A stretch of 20,000 nt of DNA, from IMG/VR virus record IMGVR_UViG_3300037466_001022. One strand, written 5' to 3'. Shown here piece by piece: positions 1 through 9,824 of this stretch; the first letter of the stretch is position 1, and each line of letters begins with the position of its first letter. The DNA comes from an uncultured virus (IMG/VR IMGVR_UViG_3300037466_001022). Taxonomy: Duplodnaviria > Heunggongvirae > Uroviricota > Caudoviricetes. The notes beneath the pieces were generated by a model. The model saw nothing but the letters and a program-made list of their open reading frames with translations. It was not told the origin of the DNA and ran no database searches. The position numbers and the translations under genes are program-made.

Positions 1-229
1 TTCAGATTCAACAACCCAAAATACGAATGGAGTGGTGAACGTTGTCACTCTTGGAGTGACAACGGAAGGTGAGCCTTTTGCTATGGATGTTGTCAATGGT
101 GTTGTACGTTTTAGACGCCTCCATGCAAATGGATCATTGTGGCTTGAAAGTAATTCGACTCACATTTTGATTCATGCCAATTCAGTATTCAACCCCGGTC
201 CACCAGGACCTCCAGGACCTCCAGGATGA
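1..229 (+). CDS. 5'-truncated small virion-type protein ending in collagen-like GPPGPPGPPG; paralog of 226..513
   Basis: Frame is open from base 2 (SDSTTQNTNGVVNV...), so the GTG at 32 is probably internal. It aligns with 226..513 (DxxTQNTxG...RFxR..H...GPP) and its TGA overlaps the next ATG (ATGA). Confidence 0.75.
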   Translation, partial: SDSTTQNTNGVVNVVTLGVTTEGEPFAMDVVNGVVRFRRLHANGSLWLESNSTHILIHANSVFNPGPPGPPGPPG

Positions 230-477
230 GCATTGTAGTATCAAACACAAATATCACATTCCCTGATGCAAATACACAAAATACTGCTGGAATAACTTCT
301 GCAACAGATTTGGCTAACACTGGTCAATCAATTGTTGTTGATCGTTCTGGTGACACACTACGGTTCAAGCGTATTGCTCATGGTACATTCCTTACCGATT
401 TTGCCAATTCTAATGTTGTCATCTTACAAGGCCATAATCTTTTTAGTCCTCCGGGTCCACCAGGACCTCCGGGTCCA
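194..477 (+). repeat. Two collagen-like Gly-Pro-Pro coding tracts (194-226 and 448-477)
   Basis: CCTCCAGGA/CCACCAGGA/CCTCCGGGT 9-nt units at the 3' ends of both small ORFs. Confidence 0.85.
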
Positions 478-513
478 ATTATTGCTCCACCACCTGTTAA
501 TCCAACAAAATAA
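226..513 (+). CDS. Small putative virion/fibre-associated protein with C-terminal PPGPPGPPGP collagen-like tract
   Basis: 95 aa, N-terminal ITFPDANTQNTA motif of the type seen in phage fibre proteins; translationally coupled to its upstream paralog. Confidence 0.75.
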   Translation: MSIVVSNTNITFPDANTQNTAGITSATDLANTGQSIVVDRSGDTLRFKRIAHGTFLTDFANSNVVILQGHNLFSPPGPPGPPGPIIAPPPVNPTK

Positions 514-523
514 AAAGGTAGTT

Positions 524-1210
524 ATGATACAGTATAAACGACGTGAAGGTGTAAATTATTTTACCGATTTCATGATGAACAACAAGCCAGGGGCTATTCG
601 TGAAAGATTATGGTATTATGATGAACATTTTATTTCTCCAGAATTGTGTGACAAATTTGTTGATCGTGTCCAACAATTAAATAAGAAAGAAATAAAAGGT
701 GGTGGAATTCATGTCGAGGAGGGGGACACGACATATCGTAATTCTGACGTATTCTTTCTGAGTAATGAGGATGTTTCATTGCCAGATGTAAAAGAATTTC
801 ATGATACCATGATTTCCAAAACATTAGAAATAAATAACCGAATATTCAATTTTGATATCTCCCATTTGATGCATTCCCAATTCACTCAATACAAGGGTGA
901 AGACAAACAGCATTTCAATTGGCATCCTGATGGTGGGTTAGGGTTTGAAACAGATTTGGAATTAATGGATGATTTGATCTTCCGAAAGTTGACAACTGTT
1001 GTCTGTCTTTCGGATCATACCGATTATGAACACGGCGATTTTATCCTATTTGATGGTGGTGTCTTACCAGAACAGGCTATATGTTTGTTCAAGATGACAA
1101 AGGGGGAAGCAATTATTTTCCCGGCATTCATGATGCATAAAGTAAATCCAGTAACTTCTGGAAAGAGAATTTCTTTAGTAAATTGGTTTTGTGGGCCTAG
1201 GTGGCGATAA
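524..1210 (+). CDS. 2OG-Fe(II) oxygenase, prolyl 4-hydroxylase / PKHD-type family
   Basis: HxD (WHPDG), distal His (MHKVNPV), 2OG-binding Arg (GKRISLVNW), TYRNS and RKLTTVVCLS motifs. Start re-assigned to ATG 524 (AAGGT upstream), after the stop of 226..513. Confidence 0.88.
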   Translation: MIQYKRREGVNYFTDFMMNNKPGAIRERLWYYDEHFISPELCDKFVDRVQQLNKKEIKGGGIHVEEGDTTYRNSDVFFLSNEDVSLPDVKEFHDTMISKTLEINNRIFNFDISHLMHSQFTQYKGEDKQHFNWHPDGGLGFETDLELMDDLIFRKLTTVVCLSDHTDYEHGDFILFDGGVLPEQAICLFKMTKGEAIIFPAFMMHKVNPVTSGKRISLVNWFCGPRWR

Positions 1211-1213
1211 ATA
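1206..1213 (+). promoter_or_regulatory. Possible T4-type late promoter (GATAAATA)
   Basis: 7/8 match to TATAAATA, overlapping the oxygenase stop and followed by AGGAGG and ATG; very close to the start codon. Confidence 0.35.
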
Positions 1214-1220
1214 AGGAGGA

Positions 1221-1484
1221 ATGATGAAAATAGATTATACTTTGATCGGTGTAGAGGAATTTCTTGAGCATCTCCACCTGAAAGTGGAATACCGCACTGA
1301 GAATGCTAAACTTATAAAATTGGTATATATTCCAGCCGGTACAACTGATTTCAATAAATTGGCTGAGATGCATATCCCAAAAGCCGAAATGAAAATATAT
1401 TCGAATTTTGCGAAAACCAAAAATAAAGATGGTTCTTTTGAACTTGAGGATAATAACCAAGGAGAACTCCTCCTAGAAGGATAA
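1221..1484 (+). CDS. Hypothetical protein (87 aa)
   Basis: Strong SD (AAGGAGG) and tight packing between neighbours; no recognisable motif. Confidence 0.7.
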   Translation: MMKIDYTLIGVEEFLEHLHLKVEYRTENAKLIKLVYIPAGTTDFNKLAEMHIPKAEMKIYSNFAKTKNKDGSFELEDNNQGELLLEG

Positions 1485-1487
1485 GAA

Positions 1488-1814
1488 TTGGCCGCATATA
1501 CTGAATTTGTTATTGATGCGAATTCTGATTTTAGTGTCACCATATCATTAACAGATAATAACGGTGATATCGTAAATCTGACTGGTTATTCGCTTGCTGG
1601 CACCATAAGAAAATCGTTTGATTCGGAATTGTCATTTTCATTCAATGTCACAACTGCGAATGCGAACACTGGCAACGTGAATGTTGCTTTACCTGGATAT
1701 GTTTCAGCAAACATGGATCCAGGAAAATATTCGTTTGATTTGAATATCTATAATTCCAATTCTTGTATTAGAATATTGGAAGGTGTTGTAACTATTACTC
1801 CAAGTGTATTTTAA
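1488..1814 (+). CDS. Conserved T4-like phage virion adaptor-type beta protein (BppU-N-like)
   Basis: TTG start; pattern MAAY..F.ID...DFS.TI.L......NLTGY...GTIRKS...G.Y.FDL.....RILEG...ITP typical of small genes preceding fibres in large T4-like phages. Confidence 0.7.
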   Translation: MAAYTEFVIDANSDFSVTISLTDNNGDIVNLTGYSLAGTIRKSFDSELSFSFNVTTANANTGNVNVALPGYVSANMDPGKYSFDLNIYNSNSCIRILEGVVTITPSVF

Positions 1815-4753
1815 TGGCTGATAATATTAAAGTTACTATAACTGGTAATCCTCCTCTTGTTGTATCTGGTGTGACACAGGGTGTTGCCGCAAATGTCTTG
1901 CCAGCATTCAATCAAGCTAATTCAGCATTTTCACAAGCCAATTCCGCTAATTCCCAGGCCTCGGCTGCTTTTAATCAGGCTAATGGAGCTTGGTCGGCCG
2001 CCAACACTGGTATCGCAATTGCCACTCAGTCTGGAAATCAAGCTAATTCAGCATTTGTAGAAGCTAATGTTGCAAACACAATCTCTGTTCAATCAGGTAA
2101 TATTGCGAATGTAGCGTTTTCTACAGCCAATGCCGCATATTCTTCATCTAATACATCTAATACTATAGCAATACAATCTGGGAACCAGGCTAATTCCGCA
2201 TTTGTTGGTGCAAATATTGCCAATTTAATTGCCATACAGTCTGGTACTGTGGCAAATTCAGCATTTGCAGCCGCTAATACAGCAAATATTATTGCCATCC
2301 AATCTGGTAATCAGGCCAATTCCGCCTATATACAAGCTAATACATCAAACAGCACTAATGGTTTTGGTTATATTGCTGCCAATGCCGCTTTTGCTCAAGC
2401 CAATAGTTCATGGACGACGGCAAATACTTCCAATATTATTGCCATTCAATCTGGTAATCAGGTTAATTCTTCCTTTTCTGCCGCCAATACAGCAAATGCA
2501 AGAGCAATTGGAGCATTCGCTCAAGCTAATGGTGCTTGGAATAGTGCCAATACAGCGAACAACATTGCCTTGCAATCTGGTAATCAATCCAATTCTGCAT
2601 TCTCTGCAGCCAATACCGCAAACTCTATTGCCATTCAATCTGGTAATCAGGCTAACTCCGCCTTCGTGGCAGCCAATACAGCCAATACCATTGCAATTCA
2701 ATCTGGATCACAAGCTAATTCTGCCTTCACTGGTGCCAATACAGCAAATAGTATTGCTATGGGAGCATTTTCTCAAGCCAATAGTGCATGGACAACAGCT
2801 AATACCGCTAATACCATTGGAATACAATCTGGTAATCAGGCAAATTCGGCATTCAGCCAAGCTAATACTGCGAATGCAACGACCGGTTTGGGTTATATTT
2901 GGGCAAATTCTGCATTCAATCAAGCCAACGGTGCATTCGCTAGAGCCAATGCTGCTTATGCACAAGCTAATACTTCTCCTGGATCCAATACTAATATTAT
3001 ATTTAATGATAGCGGTGTATATGCAGGATCCAATAATACATCATGGAATAAAGCAAACAGTTCGCTTCTAATTTCTGGTAACACATACACTACAGAAATT
3101 GTAGTCGGGGATAATGTTGCATGGTCAAAAATCCCTTCATGGAAGTATGATTTCCGTTCTGAAGTTCTTCCTTTTGGATCAACTTTTACAAGAAATTCAA
3201 TAGCCACATATTATGCTGCAAATGGTCAGATGATGACTGTTAGTGCAAATGTAGCGCGGTTTGATCATAATCCAATTGATGGTTTACCATTTGGTTATCT
3301 AGCCGAAGTGCAGAGTACGAATGCTGTAACATATTCTGCCGACCGCACCCATTGGACAGTGAGTATTACAACCCTTTCAACTGATGGGACGCTTGCTCCA
3401 GATGGTTCATTAGCCACACTTGTTACTGCCAATTCTGGTGCCGGAAAACACTATGTTGCCAGCGGTCAGGCATCTGGTGCTGGTTCTACACTTCTTGGAT
3501 TAAGTATTTTCGTCAAGCAAGGAAGCACTCGCTATGTCTGTCTTGCTGAAACACAGGATAGTATCAATCACGCTGGCACCTTCGATTTTCAAACTGGTGT
3601 ATTTGTCAATGCTGGTCAGGGGATATCAAATCCCACTGCCAGACAACTTGCTAATGGATGGTGGCGCTTATCGTTTCAGATGACGGCTACCAGCACAAGT
3701 ACAACAACTCAGCTTTCAGTTTCACCTACAACCAGTAGCACAGGTACAGCGGCAGATAATACTTACACTGCAATTGGTAATGAAACTGTTTATGTCTTTG
3801 GTTTCCAGAATGAAGCAAATGGTGTAGGAACTACAACCTATATACCAACTGCTGGTAGTGCCGTCACACGCTTGTCAGATGTACTCACATTACCTCTAAC
3901 ATCTCTACCTGGATGGAGTTCTTCTATTGGTGGTATGTTAGTTTGTACTTATCGTTTACATTCCCGCGCAAGAACTGGTGTTGTTTCTTCGATTGTGGAT
4001 AGCGGTGCTGGCGCTAATGCCGTTTTGTTATATGAATACTTTGGTGGAGCGGCATTCTCAAGATTTAATACATTTGCCTCAGGAAACATTGCCCAATTGG
4101 GTGGTCCTGCCTCTCCTGCACAATTCGTGCGTAGAAAGATATCAGTAGCATGGATGGTTGGGCGCCAACAGATTGCTCATGATGGTATACTCGATGCCAC
4201 AAATGGCGGTCAATCTACTGCATTACCGTCCTCTCTTGTCAACCTTAGAATCGGAACAGATGATGGAACTAATAGTCTCTGTGGTACCATCGAAAGTATT
4301 GCTTATTATATGGGCAATAAGACAGACAACGAAGTACAATTCACAAGTGCCAATGGCACTGTCTTAGGATCAACTGTTACCTACCTCCATGATCAACTAG
4401 AAATTATTGGTTCAACTGCTCAATCAGCATTCTCTCTTGCCAATTCTATGTCAGTTGCTGCCAATACAGCCAGAATCAACATTCAAACTGCAAATTATAC
4501 GGTTTCGAATACAGATTCGGGCTCTATCATTGTCATGAATAGCTCCAGCAATCTAAATGTTACTGTACCATTTCTTTCTACTGGTATGTTTGTTCGCATC
4601 ATCCGTGGTGGGTCCGGTACTGTCAATATCCAAAATACAAATATTGTGATGAATTCAACTAATACCGGAAATACCTTGATTACCAAGCAATATGCGAGTG
4701 TTACCTTACTTGTTTGGAATGCAAATACGGTTATTTTGGATGGTAGTGTATAA
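1814..4753 (+). CDS. Fibre/whisker-like virion protein: Ala/Asn heptad shaft plus putative carbohydrate-binding head
   Basis: Long A-N-x-A-F heptad region, then FTRNSIATY...ARFDHNP...GYLAE..STN fibre motif and beta-rich lectin-like region, C-terminal QTANYTVSNTDSG domain; sits directly upstream of gp13 where T4 has wac. Confidence 0.8.
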   Translation: MADNIKVTITGNPPLVVSGVTQGVAANVLPAFNQANSAFSQANSANSQASAAFNQANGAWSAANTGIAIATQSGNQANSAFVEANVANTISVQSGNIANVAFSTANAAYSSSNTSNTIAIQSGNQANSAFVGANIANLIAIQSGTVANSAFAAANTANIIAIQSGNQANSAYIQANTSNSTNGFGYIAANAAFAQANSSWTTANTSNIIAIQSGNQVNSSFSAANTANARAIGAFAQANGAWNSANTANNIALQSGNQSNSAFSAANTANSIAIQSGNQANSAFVAANTANTIAIQSGSQANSAFTGANTANSIAMGAFSQANSAWTTANTANTIGIQSGNQANSAFSQANTANATTGLGYIWANSAFNQANGAFARANAAYAQANTSPGSNTNIIFNDSGVYAGSNNTSWNKANSSLLISGNTYTTEIVVGDNVAWSKIPSWKYDFRSEVLPFGSTFTRNSIATYYAANGQMMTVSANVARFDHNPIDGLPFGYLAEVQSTNAVTYSADRTHWTVSITTLSTDGTLAPDGSLATLVTANSGAGKHYVASGQASGAGSTLLGLSIFVKQGSTRYVCLAETQDSINHAGTFDFQTGVFVNAGQGISNPTARQLANGWWRLSFQMTATSTSTTTQLSVSPTTSSTGTAADNTYTAIGNETVYVFGFQNEANGVGTTTYIPTAGSAVTRLSDVLTLPLTSLPGWSSSIGGMLVCTYRLHSRARTGVVSSIVDSGAGANAVLLYEYFGGAAFSRFNTFASGNIAQLGGPASPAQFVRRKISVAWMVGRQQIAHDGILDATNGGQSTALPSSLVNLRIGTDDGTNSLCGTIESIAYYMGNKTDNEVQFTSANGTVLGSTVTYLHDQLEIIGSTAQSAFSLANSMSVAANTARINIQTANYTVSNTDSGSIIVMNSSSNLNVTVPFLSTGMFVRIIRGGSGTVNIQNTNIVMNSTNTGNTLITKQYASVTLLVWNANTVILDGSV
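1900..2975 (+). repeat. Degenerate 21/63-nt coding tandem repeat (IAIQSGNQANSAFxAANTAN)
   Basis: QSG codons at 2027, 2090, 2174, 2237, 2300, 2447, 2573, 2636, 2699, 2825; every spacing is a multiple of 21 nt. Confidence 0.9.
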
Positions 4754-4756
4754 ATA
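4749..4756 (+). promoter_or_regulatory. T4-type late promoter TATAAATA
   Basis: Exact consensus upstream of SD (GGAG) and gp13 start. Confidence 0.8.
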
Positions 4757-4772
4757 ATATTTCGGAGATTTC

Positions 4773-5738
4773 ATGAAGCATATCACAACCAAAGCCGATT
4801 TCATCAAATATTGCAAGAGACAACTGGGTTTTCCAGTAGTCCAAATCAATGTGTCTGATGAACAAATTTCAGACCGTATTGATGAAGCTCTTGGTTTGAT
4901 GCAGGAATATCATCCTGACGCCACTCAGAAGACCTATGTTAAATACCAGATTACCCAACAGGATATGGATAATCGTTACCTCGACATGAATAGAGCCTCT
5001 GGTACAGCAGACATCGAATCTGGTTCTGTCAATGTTATTGGTCATGGTACCTCTTTCCCAGAAGATACCCAGCTTGAAGACACTTTGATCAAAATCAATG
5101 GAGAAACAAAAGAAGTTATTTCTGTATCAAATACTACATTCTTGACTGTCAATTCGGCTTTCTCATCCACTGCTACGAATCAATTGATAACCTTCCCGAA
5201 CACTTACAGATTCTATAACGTTATCAAGATTTTCCCTATTGGTGACTCTATTGCATCTGGGTCCTATATGTGGGATTTGAACTACCAAATTCGCTTGAAT
5301 GAATTGTATGATTTCACAACTACATCATACATTCCATATGAAGTCACAATGCAACATTTGCGTACTATCCAGATGTTATTCGTTGGCGACTCCGAGATAC
5401 GTTTCAACCGTCGCAACAATCGCCTTTATCTTGATATCAATTGGCAAGGAAGCATTAAACTCAGTGTCGGAACCTGGATGGTGATCGAAGCTTATCGCAT
5501 CTTGACACCTGACATGATGCCAGAATTGTGGGATGATTGGTGGTTGAAGAGATATGCTGTTGCCTTGATTAAGAAACAATGGGGATATAACACCAAGAAA
5601 TATAAGAACATTGCTCTTATTGGAGGTGTAACCATGTCCGGTCAGGAATTATATGATGAAGCGGTAAAAGAAGTAGAAGAATTGGAAGATCAATTGCGTG
5701 ACAATTTGCAACCGCCGCCTCAATTTTTCGTAGGATAG
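4773..5738 (+). CDS. gp13: Neck protein gp13
   Basis: YCKRQLGFPVVQINV.DEQI.DRIDEAL, RFNRRNNRLYLDINW, WLKRYAVALIKKQWG.N..KY, C-terminal PPQFFVG; synteny. Confidence 0.93.
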   Translation: MKHITTKADFIKYCKRQLGFPVVQINVSDEQISDRIDEALGLMQEYHPDATQKTYVKYQITQQDMDNRYLDMNRASGTADIESGSVNVIGHGTSFPEDTQLEDTLIKINGETKEVISVSNTTFLTVNSAFSSTATNQLITFPNTYRFYNVIKIFPIGDSIASGSYMWDLNYQIRLNELYDFTTTSYIPYEVTMQHLRTIQMLFVGDSEIRFNRRNNRLYLDINWQGSIKLSVGTWMVIEAYRILTPDMMPELWDDWWLKRYAVALIKKQWGYNTKKYKNIALIGGVTMSGQELYDEAVKEVEELEDQLRDNLQPPPQFFVG

Positions 5739-5739
5739 T

Positions 5740-6606
5740 ATGCCGACTAATAACTTTTTTCAAGATTACTCCATTGGAAGCCAGGAATCCAGCCTGGTAG
5801 AAGACCTTATTATCGAATCTATACAAATACATGGTGTAAACGTGTATTACATACCTCGTGAGTCGGCCACAGGTAATATTGACAAATTATATGGAGAAGA
5901 TACTTTATCTAAATTTACACAAGCCTATCATATGGAAGCTTATGTTGAGTCAACAGAAGGCTTCGATGGACAAGGAGAATTCTTATCTAAATTTGGTCTT
6001 GACATGAACAACCAGGCTGAATTGATAGTGTCAATTCGTCGGTTCGGGGAAGCAACAAGCCAACAATTCGTTAGACCACGTGAAGGTGATCTTGTCTATC
6101 TTGGCTTTAAACCAAATCTATTCGAAATCAAATATGTCACTGACAAGACAGAATTCTTTCAATTAGGTAAGCTATATTTCTACAAGCTTAGACTTGAAGC
6201 CTTCCGTTATGGAAATGAAAGCATTGATACTGGAATCACTGATGTTGACGATATTGGCCGTGAAGTAGGCTTTAGAATCGCTTTTGTTCTCGGATCGGGT
6301 TCTGGTAATTACCAGATAGCGGAACAAGTCTATCAGGGCACAAGTTTTGCAACTGCGACGGCGGTTGCCGACGTAGCATCATGGGATCATCCAACTAAAG
6401 ACCTTCAAGTCATTAACATTGTTGGTGAATTTGTCGCAAATACAAATATTGTTGGGGTTGTTTCTGGAGCATCATACCAGTTGACTTCATATGATGATAT
6501 GCAAGATGAAAATGGTGGATTGATTGTTAATCAGGAAGTCAATGATGAAGCTAACACAATCATTGATTTCTCAGAGGAAAATCCCTTCAGCGAGAATCTT
6601 CCATGA
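5740..6606 (+). CDS. gp14: Neck protein gp14
   Basis: EDLIIESIQIHGV.VYYIPR, LYGED..SKF, FLSKFG, RPREGDLVY, FFQLGK, DFSEENPF. Confidence 0.93.
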   Translation: MPTNNFFQDYSIGSQESSLVEDLIIESIQIHGVNVYYIPRESATGNIDKLYGEDTLSKFTQAYHMEAYVESTEGFDGQGEFLSKFGLDMNNQAELIVSIRRFGEATSQQFVRPREGDLVYLGFKPNLFEIKYVTDKTEFFQLGKLYFYKLRLEAFRYGNESIDTGITDVDDIGREVGFRIAFVLGSGSGNYQIAEQVYQGTSFATATAVADVASWDHPTKDLQVINIVGEFVANTNIVGVVSGASYQLTSYDDMQDENGGLIVNQEVNDEANTIIDFSEENPFSENLP

Positions 6607-7601
6607 TTTCGAATCTCGATTTTGACAACCACTCTATCAGAAAAGCTACTGCTGCATTTGGTGCATTGTTCAATAATATAATCCTGGTTAAACGAGATTC
6701 TAATGGGAATGAGTTAAAAAGGGTAAAAATCCCGTTGGCCTACGGCTCCAAAGAAAAATATCTTGCCATCCTAACAGAAGACCCAGAAAAGAAGCGCGCA
6801 ACACAATTGCCTGTTCCCAGAATGGCATACAGTCTTGTTGGTTTGAGCTATGATGCCGGCCGCAAACAGCAAACAATGCTGAAAAACAAGAGTGCAATTG
6901 CTGGTAATCCCTTGAAACTGAACACACAATTCGTTCCGGTGCCATATGATTTGATGTTTGACTTGAACATCATCACAAGAGAAATTTCCGATGGGCTCGA
7001 AATTATTGGTAAAATCCTACCATTTTTCACTCCAGACTACACAGTCAGCATCAAATATTCGGATACAATCGGGCAACAGGCAACAAAAGACACACCAATT
7101 ATCCTAAGTAATACTACCTTTGAAGATAACACAGTTGGTCCATCGGGTGAAGTTCGTCTGATCATTTGGACTCTAAGCTTTATCATGAAGGCATATGTAT
7201 TCGGCCCAGAAACTTCACAGAGCCAGATCAAGAAAGTACAAATCAGTTTCTTTAATGATGGTTTGACTCCAACTGATATTACAATTTCTGGTATTCCTGT
7301 AACCGCAATAAGCCATCGTGGATCGAACACCCTCTATACTTCGGCAAATGTGGCTGGTCTTGTCAACGCTAACGATTCAATCATTGTTGATGGAACCACC
7401 ATCAGAGTAACAGGTGTTTCATCCAACGTATTGACAAGCAATTTGATCTTTACAACGGATGCTCAACAATTGTCGCTACAATATAATAATCCAAGTACAG
7501 TGATGGTAGCCAGGTATACAGCCGAAGTTACACCAAATACAGCCTTGATTACCGACAACTATGTAATTACTGATTTATTTGAGGATTTTTCCAATGAGTA
7601 A
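6603..7601 (+). CDS. gp15: Tail sheath stabiliser / tail terminator gp15
   Basis: AFGALFNNI, KIPLAYGSKEK, PRMAY, YD..RK, PVPYD, ILPFFTPDYT, YVFGP motifs. Confidence 0.92.
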   Translation: MISNLDFDNHSIRKATAAFGALFNNIILVKRDSNGNELKRVKIPLAYGSKEKYLAILTEDPEKKRATQLPVPRMAYSLVGLSYDAGRKQQTMLKNKSAIAGNPLKLNTQFVPVPYDLMFDLNIITREISDGLEIIGKILPFFTPDYTVSIKYSDTIGQQATKDTPIILSNTTFEDNTVGPSGEVRLIIWTLSFIMKAYVFGPETSQSQIKKVQISFFNDGLTPTDITISGIPVTAISHRGSNTLYTSANVAGLVNANDSIIVDGTTIRVTGVSSNVLTSNLIFTTDAQQLSLQYNNPSTVMVARYTAEVTPNTALITDNYVITDLFEDFSNE

Positions 7602-8088
7602 TATCAAAAAAAGCCTAGATGATATCTTCGAAGTCCCACAGCCTGTAATAACGGAGGTTTTTGATGATGAAATATCAATATCGCCACCGACAATCATTGG
7701 AACACCGCAGGAAGCTAGACCGATATCTAGTTCATACTACACGGAAGAAAGACCAGAAGAAATTGAAAACCAGGATGAAGATTTTAGAAAGGCTCGCAAG
7801 AATATTCGCAATATCGTGGATAAAGGCGACACTCTTCTAAAAGGCATCATGGACGTTGCTTCTGAAACCGATAAACCAAGTGCTTATGAGGCTGCCGCTC
7901 TCATAATGAAAACTCTCATGGAGGCAAACAAGGATTTGATCGACATCCATGAGAAAAACAAGAAATTCAAAGCATTACCAGAAAGCAATTTACCAGTTAA
8001 TAATGGCGATATCAATGTCAACAATGCTGTGTTTGTTGGCAATGCTACGGATTTGCTGAAGAAAATCAGAGAAGTTAAAGAGGATTAA
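7594..8088 (+). CDS. gp16: Terminase small subunit gp16
   Basis: DF..AR.NI, A...D.P.AYE, NNAVFVG...DLLK motifs. Start at ATG 7594 after GAGGA. Confidence 0.88.
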   Translation: MSNIKKSLDDIFEVPQPVITEVFDDEISISPPTIIGTPQEARPISSSYYTEERPEEIENQDEDFRKARKNIRNIVDKGDTLLKGIMDVASETDKPSAYEAAALIMKTLMEANKDLIDIHEKNKKFKALPESNLPVNNGDINVNNAVFVGNATDLLKKIREVKED

Positions 8089-9743
8089 TGTCTAAAAAGA
8101 ATTCTGGTGTACGTGGAAATAAACAACTTGTAAATCCAAATGAAATTCATGGCTATACTCTAACCGAAGTCGAAGAATTTGCTAAATGTGCATCTGATCC
8201 GGTCTATTTTGTCAAAACTTATATGAAGATCAGAACTGCCGATGGTCAAGTTATCCCATTTACTCTATGGCCATGGCAGGAGGATTTGCTCAGACTTTAT
8301 CATGAAAATCGTTTCGTAATCAGTCGAATCGCTAGACAGTCTGGTAAGACTTCGGTTTCTATTGCATATTTCTTGTGGTTGGCTCTATTCCATGAACAGA
8401 AGTTGATTGCCATTCTTGCCAACAAGGCTTCTACCTCCCGAAGTATTCTAGCACGTATTCGTCTTGCCTATGAACATTTGCCGAAATTTCTACAACAGGG
8501 TGTCATCACATGGAACAAGGGTGACATTGAACTTGGTAATGGATCTAAAATCTTCGCTTATTCAACCTCTGCCGAATCAGTCCGAGGCGAAACCTTCTCT
8601 GCTATCTTGCTTGACGAGTTGGCATTCGTTGAACCAAATGTGGCTGAAGAATTCTATACCTCGACTTATCCAGCCATCACAGGTGGTAAAGACACGAAGA
8701 TTTTCATTGTTTCTACTCCTAATGGAATTGGTAATCTATACCATACTATGTGGGTCAAAGCGGAGACCGGTAAATCAAATTTCAAACCATTCACTGTCAA
8801 CTGGTGGGATGTTCCAGGTCGTGATGAAAAATGGAAACAAGAAACCATTGCCAATACAAGTGAACGTCAATTTGAACAGGAATTCAACATCGAATTCCTT
8901 GGTTCTGCCGATACATTGATCTCGGGCCAAAAACTCCGCTTGCTACAAGGTATTGATCCGGTTGTCACAAACCAAGATGGACTTGCCATATACGAAGAAC
9001 CAATTGAAAAACATCAATATGCTATCACAGTAGACGTAGCAAGAGGTGAAGGCCAGGATTATTCTGCATTTACCGTATTCGATATTACAACGATTCCTTA
9101 CAAGATTGTTGCTCGTTTCAGGAACAACAAGATTGATCCAATCGTATTTCCCAATCATGTATTTACAGTTGGCAATCGCTATAATGAAGCATTCGTATTG
9201 GTTGAATTAAATGATATTGGAGCCCAAATTGCCGATATTCTTCATTATGATCTAGAATATGAAAATATGTATTATTCCTCACCTAAAGATCATCTCGGAG
9301 CACTAACAGTTGGCTCGACAAACGGCCGATACAATTATGGTCTAAAAATGTCGGTCAGTTCAAAGAAAATTGGTTGTGCAAACTTGAAGGCGCTTGTTGA
9401 AGACGACAAATTGACAATCCCAGACTGGGAAACCATCAAGGAATTGGCTACATTCGTGCGTCATAACAACACCTACAAAGCTCAAGAAGGTATGCATGAC
9501 GACTTGGCAATGACATTGGTCATGTTTGGCTGGCTTGTCGCCCAGAAAGAATTTAGAAATACCTCTGAAACAGATATTTTCAAGCATCTTAGTGGTACCG
9601 AAGAAGAGGTGCCTAACCCAATCGTATTCGTGGATGAAAACGTTTATCCTATTTTGTCAGCAAAATCAGGTAAATTTGCAGAGAAAACCTCCACTGAGGT
9701 CTGGGTAACCGTGGATACAGAAGATAATAGCTGGTTCCGATAA
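8088..9743 (+). CDS. gp17: Terminase large subunit gp17
   Basis: Walker A ARQSGKT, Walker B ILLDE, STPNG coupling motif, nuclease TVDVARG and HDDLAM; no intein or intron evident. Confidence 0.97.
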   Translation: MSKKNSGVRGNKQLVNPNEIHGYTLTEVEEFAKCASDPVYFVKTYMKIRTADGQVIPFTLWPWQEDLLRLYHENRFVISRIARQSGKTSVSIAYFLWLALFHEQKLIAILANKASTSRSILARIRLAYEHLPKFLQQGVITWNKGDIELGNGSKIFAYSTSAESVRGETFSAILLDELAFVEPNVAEEFYTSTYPAITGGKDTKIFIVSTPNGIGNLYHTMWVKAETGKSNFKPFTVNWWDVPGRDEKWKQETIANTSERQFEQEFNIEFLGSADTLISGQKLRLLQGIDPVVTNQDGLAIYEEPIEKHQYAITVDVARGEGQDYSAFTVFDITTIPYKIVARFRNNKIDPIVFPNHVFTVGNRYNEAFVLVELNDIGAQIADILHYDLEYENMYYSSPKDHLGALTVGSTNGRYNYGLKMSVSSKKIGCANLKALVEDDKLTIPDWETIKELATFVRHNNTYKAQEGMHDDLAMTLVMFGWLVAQKEFRNTSETDIFKHLSGTEEEVPNPIVFVDENVYPILSAKSGKFAEKTSTEVWVTVDTEDNSWFR

Positions 9744-9762
9744 TAGGTAACAATTGAATGGG

Positions 9763-9770
9763 TATAAATA
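9763..9770 (+). promoter_or_regulatory. T4-type late promoter TATAAATA upstream of the HNH gene
   Basis: Exact consensus in the intergenic region, embedded in inverted repeats. Confidence 0.8.
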
Positions 9771-9824
9771 GTATGGGTCGCGAGCGCCAACTCCACCCAT
9801 TTCTATAACAATAAGAGGTTACCC

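Noticed and set aside
332..523. N-terminal 64-aa extension of the oxygenase
   Set aside because: Overlaps 226..513 out of frame; ATG 524 has an SD-like element and follows the upstream stop.
1900..2975. Possible CRISPR array or DGR-type repeat
   Set aside because: Repeats are in-frame, vary at synonymous positions, have no spacers and no cas or RT gene is nearby.
2089..3207. Alternative-frame and antisense ORFs, including Cys/Ile-rich repeats, over the fibre gene
   Set aside because: By-products of the Ala/Asn heptad repeat.
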